Of a DNA stretch of 64,000 nucleotides, positions 39,171-53,025 are shown in pieces. Origin of the DNA: Lama glama. Taxonomy: Eukaryota. The stretch's first letter is position 1. Each line of letters opens with the position of its first letter. The translations under genes were made by a program, and so were the position numbers. The stretch covers positions 43,402,001 to 43,466,000 of the forward strand of contig CM052818.1 in assembly GCA_028534125.1 (NCBI GenBank), read 5' to 3'. The notes under the pieces were generated by a model. The model was given only the letters and a program-made list of their open reading frames with translations. It had not been told where the DNA came from and did not search any database.

Positions 39171-39929
39171 TTTAAGTTCTGTTTACTTGATTGCAAGAGA
39201 GGTTGAGCACATTTTCTTGTTGTGCATTAGCCTTTTGAAATGCTTTCTCTTGAAAAGCTGCGCATAAAATTTGTGTATTCATTTTAGTGGCAAAAAATAA
39301 AAACATAGTACAAACTTCAGTTGAGTATTAATATTCCCATTGTGTTCAAGGAGAATCCAACACAAGGGAGGCAAAGATTTTTGCAATGTCACAGTCATAC
39401 TACTGATGAAGCTGGGGTTTTTCGGGGTTTTGCTTGTTTAGTTGGTTTGGTTTTTGTTTTTGATACTAGTCTCTTTCCTTTGGACATTGGGATTTTGATA
39501 ATTTTTTTATTGAGGAAAAGATCAAGGATCATGGCTCCGGTAGCCATATGTGACTTGCGTGGGTTGGAAAAGAGTAGACGGAGCTTGGCTGTCAGGTGTT
39601 CTGAGGTCCACTGGAGCAGCGCATGTGCTGAGTGCTGTTAGCATGACCCAGCCTAGAGATGTTCTCTTTGGGGATGTATCAGTCATTTATTTTCTGGACC
39701 TGCCAAGCATGGTGCTCTTCTATTGCCTAAGATTCCATAGATTCAAAAATCTCTCTTGGGTTTCCTAATTTAACACCGGCCCCTACAAATCTCTCATCAC
39801 CTCTACCTCCCTGGTATAAAGCACACACCAAAACTGTTCCAGTCTGATCAGCAATGGATTGAGAAGGCATAAAATTTGATATAGCAGATTTCTCCATCCA
39901 GAATAAGATCTCTCTGTTCTTCCATTGAG

Positions 39930-41620
39930 AAATGAATATGAATACACACATAACTATGAATATTCCTATAGGTTATGTTCTCTATCTGTGTTTAGTTTCA
40001 CGAGTTCATACTCATGTCCACCTCTAATCCCTTGCCACAGGGGTCATTTTATCCTCATCCAGTTGTTTATCTGTTACTACCTGTTTTATTTCACTCCAAC
40101 AAGGAACTGTATCCCCTCAATTCACTACCCAATTATAATTACAGTTGCTCAGTTCAAATTAATATGTATAGTGTTTCCAAAATCGTTTGCCCATATCTCT
40201 GTGAGACACAGTTTTGTATAATACTTTTTGTTTTTAGTCTTACAGACTCCACTCATTTCCAAAGTTACGTAAGTTAGTATTTTTCTCCCCTCACCTCCTT
40301 CAGCAAAACTCTTTGATACATTTATAAAACAGATTTCTTTTGTCACATTCTGCATTCTGTCCCAAAGTCCTCTGATCTCTTAAGTTATTTTTGTTTAAAT
40401 TGCATACATCAAGTTTCACTTTTAAGCTATAAAGTTCTATACATTTTGACAAATGCATACTGTCATGTATTCACTATTACAGTATCATTTTTACAGAACA
40501 GTTCACCTCCCTAAAAAATTCTCAGTGGTTCATGTGTTCAATCCACCCACCACAAAAACCTTCTCTTCATCCCCTGGAAACCACTAAACTATTTGTTGTC
40601 TTATGAATTTGCTTTTCCAGAATGGCATATAGTTGGGATCAAACAGCACATAATCTTTTCAGATTAGCTTCATTCATTTACTTTTCACTTCAACATGCAT
40701 TTGTGATTTACTCATGTCTTCTCACGGCTTGATGGCCAATTCCTTTATATTCTGAACAGTACCACAACTTATCCATTATCCGATTGAAGGGTATGTTGGT
40801 TGAATCAGTTTTGAACAATTATAAACAAAATTGCTATAAACTTTCACATACAAGATTTCTGTGCTTTTGTATATGTGACTATAATTTTCCAAGTGAATTG
40901 TTTACATACTTAGGAGAGTGACTGCCAGATTATATGGTATGATTATGTTAGACTTTGTGAAAAACTACCCAACTGTATTCCAAAGGAGCTGTACCATTTT
41001 CAATCTCACCAGCAATGAGTGGGAGATACTTTGTTTTGCATCCTGATCAGTATTTGGTGGTGTATTTTTTTTTTCTTTTTGGAAGTTAGTAAGTGCATTA
41101 CGGTACCTTAAGGTTGTTTTAATTTACATTTCCTTTAGATCAGGTGATACTGAGCATCTTTACATTTGCTTATTTGTTATCTGTCTGTCTTCTTTGCTGA
41201 GGGATGTCTGGTCTCTCACCTATCTTTCATGTAAGTTATTTGTTTACTTCATGTTAAGTTTTAGGTGTTCTTTGTATATTTTGGATATTCTTTTATAAGG
41301 TACATGTTTGGCAAATATTTTCTTACAGTCAGTGATTTCTCTTTTCATCCTCTTAACAATGTTGTTCTTTCTCCTCACCCTCTCCTGAGAGTTACAATGG
41401 AAACATTTTAGGATTTTCACTGTAAGAATACAAGGTTCCTGAAGGCAAAGTCCATGAAAATGGGTCATTCCACCAAGACTGAAGCCCCACAGGTTTTTCA
41501 CTGTCGCTCAGTCCACCCTCTGCTTCCATCAGTTCATCAGTATTACCATGCATTGCTCCTGCCAGTTTGTGCTCCTCAGCTGTGATTCTGGATACATCCG
41601 CCTCTCCAGATTTGCAGCAT
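39930..41620 (-). mobile_element. Old L1 (L1MC/L1MD-like) 3'UTR and ORF2 end
   Basis: 'gtttttagtcttacagactccactcatttccaaagttac' (same family as 460-600), 'gctgtaccattttcaatctcaccagcaatgagt'. Confidence 0.8.
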
Positions 41621-41854
41621 CCTATTTTTGCATGTGGAACTGAAACCAGAGTCTATTTTTTAAATAAATGGAGTATGGCCCTTGTTATTGTTCTTTTACT
41701 TACTCTGAATTACTTTGTTCCCTTTTTTGCACCTTGATCCTTTTTTTCTGGTTTGGCCAAATTACTATTGATTCTTTATTTCCCATTACCAACTTGGAAA
41801 ATTTAGTATGCCTTTCCATTCTATTGATTGTTATCTTTCTTAACCTGAAATTCA

Positions 41855-42090
41855 TGAATTTTTCAATGAATATTTATTGATTACCCACTATTTACTGTTT
41901 CTTTTGGCATGGGAATAAAACACTGAACAAAATAGATGAGAGAAAAGAGATACTAGCAACGAAGCAAATACATGTACAATAAAATGTCAAGTAATGAGTA
42001 CTATGAAGGAAAAAATCAGGTAATGTGTTGAAAATTGGTAAGATTGTCTCACTAGTCACGACGTTCAGGAAAGTTTTCTGAGGAGGGTGT
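41855..42090 (-). mobile_element. L2 fragment
   Basis: 'tcaatgaatatttattgattacccacta...cactgaacaaaataga...caggaaagttttctgaggagggtg'. Confidence 0.6.
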
Positions 42091-45000
42091 ACATTTCTGA
42101 TAATGATGAAACACTTTTTTTTCCTTGTCTAACTCAAAAACGAAATACTAAACGTATTTCCCACAAATATGCTCTAATACCATCACTACCCATTACTCCC
42201 AAAATAAAATCTTCAAAACACTTCTACTTTTTTCTTCCGTTTTTTCCTTCAGTGTCTGTGTCTATTTACTTATATGGATTATATTTTTTTATTTAATCTA
42301 TTATTGGAATTTTCCTTATACTCTTTCATCTATGCACTTTTCTTTAAATTATACTATATTGCCAATATTTATTTTATATTCGCTTACATGTCTATCCTTA
42401 GATATTTATGTAAATTATATATTGCTATATATTTTACACATTTTATTAGTCATCACTTTCTTCTTTTAAAAATTTTTCCTTCTTGTAGGGATTAAAAAAA
42501 TAGTTGGTCAGAGTCCTCACTCAAGTATCTCCTTTAAATCAGATTCATGGATAATAACCTCTTGGATGTCCACAAATATCCTTCTTTTTCTCTAGTAAGA
42601 TATTGACAGCTTTATTGGGAACATTTCTGTGTCATAGTCATTTTCTTTTGGTATTATTCCACCACCCTTTAGCTTCTAGTGTTGCAAAGGAAAAGTTAAA
42701 TACTTCTCTGATCTTTTCCTTTTTTTAAGAAACTGTTTCTCCCATCTTGAGTTTATATGATTTTCTCTTTATCCTTGAGTTTTTTATAGCTGGCTCCAAA
42801 GCATCTTATATGTGGTGTTACTTTTCTGTATCTGCTGCCTGGAGCCGTCATTTGTTGGAATGCTGTATGGTGGCTCTACGAATGGGGCAAGGTAAAGACG
42901 GTTGACTGTCAACAAATAAGGCACATTCTCACTGAGGGAGAAATACTCTTTGCTTTCCCAGCCTCTTGAGGGCTCCTTGGAGACTGAGGAGATCAGGCAA
43001 ATCCACACACAGTCAGTATGGTTCTTAAACTTTATATAATCAGGCTTTTTCTAGAAGATAGAAGTAAACACATATAGAAATAGACATAGACATAGATATA
43101 TAGACATTATGTTTTCCTCTTTACACTGAAGTTCTCTTAATGCATCCTCCAGTCCCTGCACTGGTGACAAGAACCTTGCATTACCTCTGTTCTATTAAAT
43201 TCCCCAGAAGCCAAAGTCCTCCTTCCCACCTAAATACCCACAGGGCCCAGAAACCACTTGCCTTGGGAGAACTGAGTGAGTTAGAGTTGAAGAGAAAGGA
43301 GAAAAAGATGCTTATGAGTTACCAGTTTTCTGGAATCTATTCCAGAAATTGTCTTTATGGCTATATATAGATATTTGGGGCTACTACTTAGACCCTCAGG
43401 AAAACACTTAGGCTGATTGGATGAAAAAAAAAAAACAAAAAAACCTTAGGGAATATAATCAGAATGATTCATTATTTATCTTCTTGAAAAATACCTACCT
43501 GTTCCAAAATAAGCATGTATGTTCCTAACAAGCAAGCATTTTCAGTTTATTCATATTTTGTCAAGATTTGACAAGACTTCTTATCAATGATGTCAAAAGG
43601 ATTTTAGCCAGATTCTTACGTTCTTATGAGATATTCTATTTATCTTTTTTTTTTTTTGGCAAGGAGAGGAGAACATATAAATTCTAATCTCTTAGCAAAA
43701 GAAATTTTGTTTATCCTTTGAGGTAATTATTGAATCTCCTCAAAATAATTCACATCTTCCCTTAAATCACTGATTTTGTTAGCATTTGGCTAATATTATC
43801 TATAATTACTTGTTTGAATATAAATCTCTCTAAATATTTTTCTGTGAACACTTGGCTGTATATATTGTGTTTCTCAATTTAGTCATTTGTACCTGTAGGT
43901 GGCCAATATATGATGACTTTTGAGTGTAACATTCAGTCATATGAAGATAGTTATGTGACACACTAGGCAGAAGTCAATGATCAATTTTGCTGAGGGTCCT
44001 TATAGAGAGAACTTGTCAGAAGGCTTATGGTTTAATAGAGAAATTAAATTTATTTCTTAACCTGATATCAACCCAAAGTCTAGAGTCATGTGTGACAAAA
44101 TCCCAAATAATTCCCCGAATGAATGAATATATGCTAAAATGTAGGCTTTTCCTAGTAAATGGAATACTATTCTCAGTTGTAATCAACCTAGAAAACTGTA
44201 CCCAGATTTGTTTTATCACATAAAGGTTGCATGGTCATCACAACATCACTCAGTATTAACTTAGAATGAATGTTCCAATAACGTGAATTTACTGCGAGGT
44301 AGATCGACTTCTGTCACAAATCTCTGGAGCATTTTCTGGGGCAGGTAAACTTTTAATAAGGGAATGATCTCTCTTGTAGAAGTCTGTGTGGGAAGGAGCA
44401 CTCTAGAGAGGTAGTGAAAAAAATACTAATTAACTAGAAGTGCTCCTAAATAAAAGCTGGGCTGGTGTATGCGGTAGAGAATATATTGATCTAGAAAAGT
44501 TTTAACACAGGCAGGTCTCCATCTGTCAGGATCAAGACATAAGGTTTTGCAGCCTTGAGCATGAGTTTGCACCAGATAACTTTCATTGTTCATTCCAGTG
44601 GAAAGATTCAGTGAGTCTAGAATTATCAAAGCAACTTGCCCATATAACACCAACGAAAATTGTCTCGAAGTATGATTATGAATTTAAATCAAAAAGCATA
44701 TGTACAACACATGCAGATATCAGTATGATTCAGGTCCGGTGTGCTGAGGTTTCTAAAGTGATGCTGAGTTTATCCCAAAGGGCACAACACCGTCTGTTAG
44801 CTGTTAGGTTAGTTATTTTTATGATTGTTGAACTCATTTGACTCTTCAGGTGAGTGGATAGATGATATTAGTCTTCCCTTATAGAAATAGAGAACATAAC
44901 AATGTTCTTTGTATTCATATATTCATAATATTTTTCATAATATTGTGACTCTCTCTTGGTTTTTAGAACTGTCATTAAGTAATAGTTAACTTTAGTTTTC

Positions 45001-47429
45001 AAATACGCAATCCAAAAATGTCATTTTATTATTTTTTAAATTCTAAATTGGGGGTAAATGTATATGTAGCCAGTATTTCTAATGCAGTCCACATTAATGA
45101 TGATTTCATTTCCCAGTGTTGCCTGCCCAGACTGAGAGTACCTCATTTATGTCCAATAGGCCAATTATAAAGTTTAAGGTTGATTATTAAGATCTTGTCT
45201 CTGGAGTAACCAGAGTAAACAGACACCGAGGACCAGAGGTTCCATTGCCACATGTTCTCCTAATTACTTTGGGCATTTACAGGGCCTGTCAGTAGACACA
45301 AGCCAAACGGTGAACAGTCTCGAAGTTTTGTAAGGAAGGAGGCAAGGAACTTAGATGTCCAGCACCCACATGCGGGTGCAGTAACTCAGGAAACTCTGTT
45401 CCAGCTGCTATGGGGTTAGACCACCTGTGTGATAACAGTCCCAAATAAAGTCCACACCCTAGCATTTGCAGTAGCCTGCAACTCAAGCCCTGCCCTGAGT
45501 GTGCCCCAGTGAGGGCTCAGGTTGCTGCAGCCTCCACTGTGCCAGAATGAGTTATGCCTGCGGTAGTAAGGCCATCTCAGTCAGCAAGGGGCCTTGCCTA
45601 AGGAGCAGTAGAGAGCAATTCGACCCACTGTCCGATGACTCGGCTTGTGTACTGAACTCTGGACTGAGGTATCAGCTGGTGGTGCTGAAGACAGCTTCTG
45701 CTCAGTAGGAAGCAGCCTCTTGGGAAGTTACTGGGGTGAGGTGCTAAGGGTTAGGATTACGAAAACGGCCCAGTGTTCTTAGAGGCTAACCTGCTCATTG
45801 GCAACTTGGGACTTTCTCTGAACTTTATTTTTAAATTATGTCTAGGATTAGCACCAGATTAAGACCTGCCATCCTTTAAAACCAGTGCTTTGTCCATGAC
45901 TAATACTAGAAAGCCAATGTGATTATTCTTTTGGTCAGCCAGGCACAGGGCCATCTAATTGTGAAAGGTTCTTACCAGGGTGGCCTGCACTATGATACAG
46001 AAAAACATTGTAGTCCATGAGTCATACTGTATTTCTGTGGACTAAGAGGAACCAGTTTAGCAGTAACGCATATAATAATTAGAATTGATTTACATTATTA
46101 GGGTTAACCCAAGTCTGCTCTACTCAGTTTCCAGTGAAGTGCAAATCAGCTTCTACAGCTTCAAGTAAGATATATCCTGGGCCTTGTGCTAGGCATCTTT
46201 ACTAATGTATTTTACTTCATTGTAATACCAAATTGGTGAGGTAAGAGTAATTGTGAACACTTTAGAGAATGAGACTGAGGATTAGCATTAAGTAATCTGC
46301 TTTTACAAAAGCAGGAAGTAGTTTTTCTTTTTTCCAAATACACCTTGATGACTCATTATTAAATTTGTCTTCATGGCTTAGGACTTTCCTGGAGTATTTT
46401 TGCATCTTCATATGTAGCTGAAAATAAACCCTCAACTTATACATAATGATTTTATCTATTTTGTCTGAGTTGAAAAAAGAGATAAAACACACTTTTGTGC
46501 TTTACTTAATAAATTATAATAATCTAGAGGGAAAGTAAAATAAAATAAATAGGTATATGAATCAAATCAAGCAAACCAAACACTCAACTGAAATGCAGTG
46601 TGACAGATAATATACATATTCACATCGGCACACAGCGGGGGAGCAGGCAGCATCTTAAATTATACCCGACGAAAAATAACTATTTTTATATCTGTATTAG
46701 GCTTACCTTTTTTATAACCATATTCCTAAATGTCTGTCATAAAGATGAAATAAGTTCTCTTTGCTTCCAGTGAAACTACTGTTAGACTTTGAGGCTGGCC
46801 AGGAGCTAGTATTTATGGACCTACAATATGACTGCAAGTAAAATTGAAATAGATAAAAAAAAGATTATTCCTTTTCTTTTTAACAAAGTACAAATTATGC
46901 TTACAGAATGATTTTATTTAGTTTAAATTATTGTATAGATTTGAACATTACAAGAAATGATATCACAATATTCAACCAGTCTTCTTCCATTTATGATACC
47001 ATGATAATGCCCTTTATAAACTGCACGTTGAAGGCTTTTCAGTTTTGTCTCCTTGGAGGTTTCTGCAAGTAAAGGAGCTTAAGTAACTCAACCAAAATGA
47101 ATATATTTTAAGTTTAATGTAAAAATGGCTTGATGGGGAATAATCAACCTATAGATTTCTGGGGCTCAAAAGTGGTATCAATGGCACCCATCAAAACTGG
47201 TAGGAAATTGAGACCCTATATTTAACTTGTTCCATGTCAGAAACCTTTTCTGATAGATGATCTTGATGAGGTGTTTAATATTGACCTAAATATAACAGTT
47301 CACAGTGGAAACAATTACTCTGTTTGAACAATGTAAGATGGGTAAAAGCAGCTCTTTTAATATTAAAGCAAGTTATTCATGTTCTTTTAAGTCATTATTT
47401 ACACACAATAAAACTGAACCTTTTAAGTG

Positions 47430-47768
47430 AACAATATACAGAGAACAGACTGGTGGTTACCAGAAGCAGGGCTGAGGGTTGGGCCAAATGGGTGAAGGGA
47501 GTCAAGAGGTACAAGCCTAGGTACCCTCACCAGCTTTTGGCTCTCTCCTTCCCACCCTGGCATTCTGAGCTAGAAGCTGCAGACCAGCTATGCCCTCGGC
47601 CCCTTTGTTTAGGAAGTAACCTACACACATGTGGTGACAGATGTTAACTAGGCTTATTATAGTGACTATTATTGCAGTGTATACAAATATCAAATCATTG
47701 TGTTGTACACCTGAAACTAATATAAAGTTGCAAGTCAATTATACCTTAATTAAAAATTTTTAATAAAA
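47430..47768 (+). mobile_element. L1 3'UTR (L1MA9/artiodactyl-type) with an internal foreign segment
   Basis: 'tacagagaacagactggtggttaccagaag...gggtgaagggagtcaagaggtacaa' and 'gttgtacacctgaaactaatataaagttgcaagtcaattataccttaattaaaa'. Confidence 0.8.
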
Positions 47769-50700
47769 GGGTATTTTATACATTCAAAAGATAAATCTTT
47801 GTACCAATATGTGTTTCAAAAAACTTTTTTCTTATCAGTTGATAATTTTTCCTTTCATTTTCTTATAAGAGTTTTATGAAGTACAAATTAATTTTTTTGG
47901 TTTTTTTATTTTGAGGAAGTCAAATATGTCATTTTTTTTCTTTTATGGCTTTTGCTTGTTTGAGATTCAGAAAAGAAAACTTTGCCTCAGTGAAGGTTAG
48001 AAAGATTTTCTTTGATGGTTTCTATTAGACATTTCATAGTTTTAACTTTTGTATTTAATTTTGTGATAAAAATTTCAGTAAACTTTGGTATACAGTACAA
48101 GATAGGGTTCACGGTTCACATTTTTAACATGTATATTTCCAAAATTTCCAGCATCATTTGTTGAAAATATTATCTTTTGTCCCTTAAATTATTTTTTTAT
48201 ATGAGCACCTTTATCAAAAATGAATTGAGAACTTAAAGTGGGTAGAATTTTTGGACACTCCATTAAACTACATCTGTCCTTAAGACAATATTACACTGTT
48301 TTCATAATTTCACTTTTATACTAAATTGTGAAACTGGGTAATTCCAAGTCCTCTAGTTTTATTCTTATTTTTCATTTTTAAACTTTTCTAAACATTTTGT
48401 TTTTTTCAATAAAAATTATTTTATCATCAGCATGTCCATTCCTACCAAAATTCTGTTGAAATTTTTACTGAGATTGCATTGAATATATGTACATATAAGT
48501 GTAATGTTTGGGGAATATAGAAACTTTGTTTCTTATTTCTGAGAGTCTTCTGATTCATGGACATCATATACCTCTCTATTTTAAGATTATCTTCCATTTT
48601 TCTCAGCAATATTTTATAGTTCACAATGTATAGGTCTTACATATACTTCATAAATATTATTTCTAAGTATTCCATCTCTTCATGCTATCACTAATGATTT
48701 AATTTCAATTCTACCAGCTCTATATTTAGATATTTTGAAGATCTTTTTGGGTGAGTTCTTATATAGTTAGGATTTTTATGTCTGCTGGGTGAATTGACTC
48801 TTGTAATATTATGCAAAACCCTTCTTTATCCCTTTGTATTCCTTGTTTTAAAGATTACTTTACCTGATGTTTGTGTAGACAATCAGATCTTGTGGATTTT
48901 TGTTTGAATTGCCTAACATATTTTATAAATTTATATTAATCTGTCACTATTTAATATGTTTAAAGTAAATTTAAAAAAATAATATATATGTGAATCTTGA
49001 CTTTACATACAAGCTGACAGTCTCTGTGACTTAACTGGAGTGTTTAGCAGACTTATATTTGTATAAGTAAACTTATACTCAATATGTTTACTTTTAAACC
49101 TACTGTCTTGTTATTTATTTCTTATATTGTACTGCTCCCTGCCTTTTTTTCTGCATTTACTTGAAAAAAATCAATATTTTACATTATTTTATCATCACTA
49201 TTGGTTTTTTTGTCATGCTTCTATGGTCTATGTTTTAGTAGTTGTCCTACTATTACAAAGTAGGCTTTAATTTATCACAGTCTACCTTCATAAATTACTA
49301 TTTATTGCACAGTGTGAGAATATTTCCATAATAATCTTCCATTTCCTCACTGTAATTTTTGCACTTCATTATCTAATCTTTAGTTTTGGCATTTAGTATA
49401 AACTCAAAATACATGTTTACCATTTTTTCATAATACTGTCACTTTTCTTTAAAAAGACATGGAAATACTTTTTATTTTTACTTCTTTTTTTTTTTTTTTG
49501 GAGATCCAGATTTCCATCTGGCATCGTGTTCATTCTACTTGAAGAATTTTCTGTTACAATTACCTGTAAGGCTTATCTACTCAGTAAATACTGCAGATTT
49601 TATCTTCCCATCAATGCACAGTATTTGATGAAAAGTCTGCTTTTTTAAAATATATTTTCTTTATATTTATTGTTTTCCCACCCTTTTTGGCTACCTTCAG
49701 TGTTTTCTCTTTCTCTTTGTTTTTCCACAGTTTGATTATAATGAGTCACTGTGAGTCTTCTTTGTATTTATCGTATTTTTTGTTCTTTGACCATTGAGGG
49801 TCTACTGTTACTGGTTTTCACAAATTTAAGAAAATCCTTGCAACTTCCATCTTAACTATTCCTCTGACACTTTCTTTCCCTTTATATTTTATTTTTTCTT
49901 TTGAAACTCTGATTACATGTATATTAAATATTTTGATATATAATCTCATAACTCTTGGAGCTCTTTTCTGAATTAAAAAATTTCTTTGTGTTCCATTTTG
50001 GGATAATTTCTACTGAACTGTCTTCAGATTCACAGATTACTTCTTTTTCTTCAGTGCTCCATATACTATAAGCCTGTTGAATTACTTCTACATCTCAGAT
50101 ATCACACTTTGAATTTCAAGCACTTCCATTAGACTCTGTTAGGTTACCACCTCACTGCTAAAATTTTCCATCTCTTTATGCATGCTGTATACTTTTTTCA
50201 CTACATCCTTTACCTGACTAATCATAGTTACTTTAAAATTCCTACTAGACATTTCCAGCAGGGCCTTTCTAAGCTGATTTTGTGGACTTATTCTCTTTAA
50301 AATGAGTAATTTTCTTGTTTTAGGGCATGTGTGTATATTTTATTGAATTTTAGATATTATGAATAAAAGATACTAAGGAAAATTTTATTCTTGCTCAGAA
50401 ATGGGCATGGCTGCTCTTTTCTCAGTCTATTAGTGTAGGGAGCTGAAGTAGTCCAGTCAGTTAGATGGGCTTAGTTTTTATTGTTTCTAAAGTTGTCTTC
50501 AGTGACCTGGAGACTTCAAAGTCCTTATCAGTAGCTCGCTACTGTATTATGATTATTGTAAGACCTGGAGTGCCATAGAGTTTTTCTCAATATTTGTGCT
50601 CTGCTCTCAACTCTTAACAGACCTTGTACATCTGAGACACCAAGAGGCTCTCTCTTCATCTTCTGCTCCTTTTCCAATGATAGTTCACTGTTGTCTGTAA

Positions 50701-50986
50701 TTAATATAAGGTACTACCCCAGCTGGGCTGTAAGGAGTGAATGGGTGTTTCCTTGGTTCTCTGGGGCTCGTGTGTAGTGATGCCTCCAAGACAGATTTTT
50801 TTCCTTCTCTTTCCACTACCTGATAGTAGTCAGCAAAGCACGATCTTGCAACACTGAGGCATCTTTAGGGGAGAAAGATTTTCCCGCAGTTTGATGATTT
50901 GTTTCAGTACAGTGTCCTTGATGAGGCTGCATAAGGGTATGTCTTTATGCTCCTCTAGAATCAGATGGAATTGGTTCCTTTCTTTT

Positions 50987-51276
50987 TTTTTAACATTTTT
51001 TATTGATTTATAATCATTTTACAATGTTGTGTCAAATTCCAGTGTTCAGCACAATTTTTCAGTCATTCATGGACATATACACACTCATTGTCACATTTTT
51101 TTCTCTGTGATTTATCATAACATTTTGTGTATATTTCCCTGTGCTATACAGTGTAATCTTGTTTATCTATTCTACANNNNNNNNNNNNNNNNNNNNNNNN
51201 NNNNNNNNNNNNNNNNNNNNNNNNNNNNNNNNNNNNNNNNNNNNNNNNNNNNNNNNNNNNNNNNNNNNNNNNNNNN
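50987..51276 (-). mobile_element. Young camelid L1 insertion; 3' end visible, remainder in assembly gap
   Basis: poly-T then 'aacattttttattgatttataatcattttacaatgttgtgtcaaattccagtg...tatttccctgtgctatacagtg'; TSD ttcctttctttt at 50975-50986 and 51277-51288. Confidence 0.85.
51177..51276. other. Assembly gap (100 N)
   Basis: Run of exactly 100 n, a common placeholder for a gap of unknown size. Confidence 1.
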
Positions 51277-52834
51277 TTCCTTTCTTTTCACTAGAAGTAA
51301 CCAGCCGCTTCCCTGTCCTCCCCTGAGGGGAGGTCTAGCCTCTCCATTACACTAGACAGCTTTTACTTCATATGAGATAAGGGTCTGGGTTTTGTACCAG
51401 TAACAGCTTATCGTTACATGTCTGTCTGTGTCATGACAGGTGCCCCCTCAGATCGGTGGCTCTCCCCAGCTTTCTCCTGAGCACTCAGTGAAAGCTTGTT
51501 TCTGGGGCATTCAGGCAGTCTAAACTGTCACATTCATCTGTACTTGGCCTTTAAGAATCCACTACAATTCTGTTGCTTTTTCCTTACCCGATTTCCTTGT
51601 TGCTACATTTCCATTTTGTACTCTGTCAAAAGTGAAGCAGCTTGTGTGTCCCTCTAAGGGGCTTGTTACTCTGGAATTCAGTTCACCTAGGTGCCTTGCA
51701 ATAGCAGCTCTCTGATGGACTTAATAAAAGCTATGATTGTGCAGATTACCTAGGTGATTCTCATTGTAATAGTGGGAGCAACATTATTTGCAGCTTTCCG
51801 TATTGTTTGTGAAAGTACATATTCCTTGTGGAAGTTACTCTCAGAAGTACCTTTTGAAAATCCCTAAATACCATAGAAAAATAATTCATATTTTCAGGAA
51901 AATACTAGCAAAATATTGGAGTAATGGTTTGGCACTGAAGAAAGCATTTATTTCGATGCCATTTCTATGTGTTTTTAATAAATCACTCATGCACTTGTTT
52001 ATCCATGTATTCCAAAGCATTTGTAGATTATCCAGTAAGTGCTATTTTGTTAGCTTCCGGAAATAAATGGTATATGATCGACCATTTGCTTAAAGATATG
52101 GTCTTATTTTTATTTTTATTTATACAAAAAGATTCCATATTTTTATATAGTTCATAGATGGGGAAGGATCCTCAAAATGTGATGTTGGATATCTCATCAA
52201 TCTCAATAGGCAGGTTTTTGTTGTTCAGGAAACAAAGTTTGCTTTTCTTCAACTTGAATACTATGCATCAAATAACATCTGTGACAGGTATAAATTGAAG
52301 GAAAGAATTGAAGCCGTGTTTTTAAACTCCATTCAAGTAAATCAACCTCATCAGTCCACAATCATATGAAGTAGAACTATAAAAATTTAAATGAAACTGT
52401 AATTTTCTGTGTTTACTAGCATACAAGTAATTGAATGTTTTTATTAGTGTTTATATAGCTCAAAGTGAAGGACTGACTTTATGCTAACATAAAATAAAAT
52501 GTAAAACAGCAAAGTGCAATTTTAAGGCCCTATAAAATCTGCCACAAGTATTTCCTTCCCCTTCCCCAACCATACCTTTAGACAGAGGAGCTATCCCCTC
52601 CTATGAGCCAGATCCAGAATATGTGAATTCTACTGTCAATTTCATTTCACTCTCTTGGGTTTCTATCCTTGAAGATATCTTTGGAAATAAAAGTCATCTT
52701 AGAAAATATTATGTGCTAAACTGCTATACACTGCAGTGTGCATACACTGAGACTCAATGAGGAGTTACATCACTAAGAGGAACAGAGTACAGAAAGGAAC
52801 GGGGAAAGGCCTTTTAGCAGAGATGATACAAGAA

Positions 52835-53025
52835 TTCTGACATGAGGCTCTATTAACATATTTGGTCAGGTGATTTTTTGTTCTGTGTTGCACACTGTGG
52901 GAGGTTAAAAGCATCTTGAACCTCTATTGACAGTAGCAACCTCCCAGTTATGACAACCAAAATTGTCCTAAGACATTTCCAGTGTCTTCTTGGTTGAGGT
53001 AATCACCACTGGGTGTTAACCACTG
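52835..53025 (-). mobile_element. MER20 (hAT-Charlie) DNA transposon fossil
   Basis: 'cagtagcaacctcccagttatgacaaccaaaattgtcctaagacatttccagtgtc...aaccactg' matches the recalled MER20 body and TIR. Confidence 0.75.

Larger units (their letters stand above)
47800..51800 (-). mobile_element. Old L1 (L1M4/L1MC-type): ORF2, ORF1 side and 5' end, interrupted by a young L1
   Basis: Antisense ORF2 ('tttccagcatcatttgttgaaaa', 'gagattgcattgaatatat'), 'gatccagatttccatctggcatc', 5'-end motif 'ctctggaattcagttc...gcagattacc' at ~51670-51800. Confidence 0.8.

Noticed and set aside
45370..45475. + frame 'LRKLCSSCYGVR...KSTP*HLQ' has spacing reminiscent of ribosomal protein L36 / MRPL36
   Set aside because: Several in-frame stops, the third Zn-ligand Cys is absent, and nucleotide similarity to MRPL36 as I recall it is far too low for a processed pseudogene; most likely chance.
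46625..46650. CTCF-like G-rich motif 'cacagcgggggagcag'
   Set aside because: Several mismatches at core positions in either register.
51029..51355. ORFs spanning the N run
   Set aside because: Artefacts of translating through the assembly gap.
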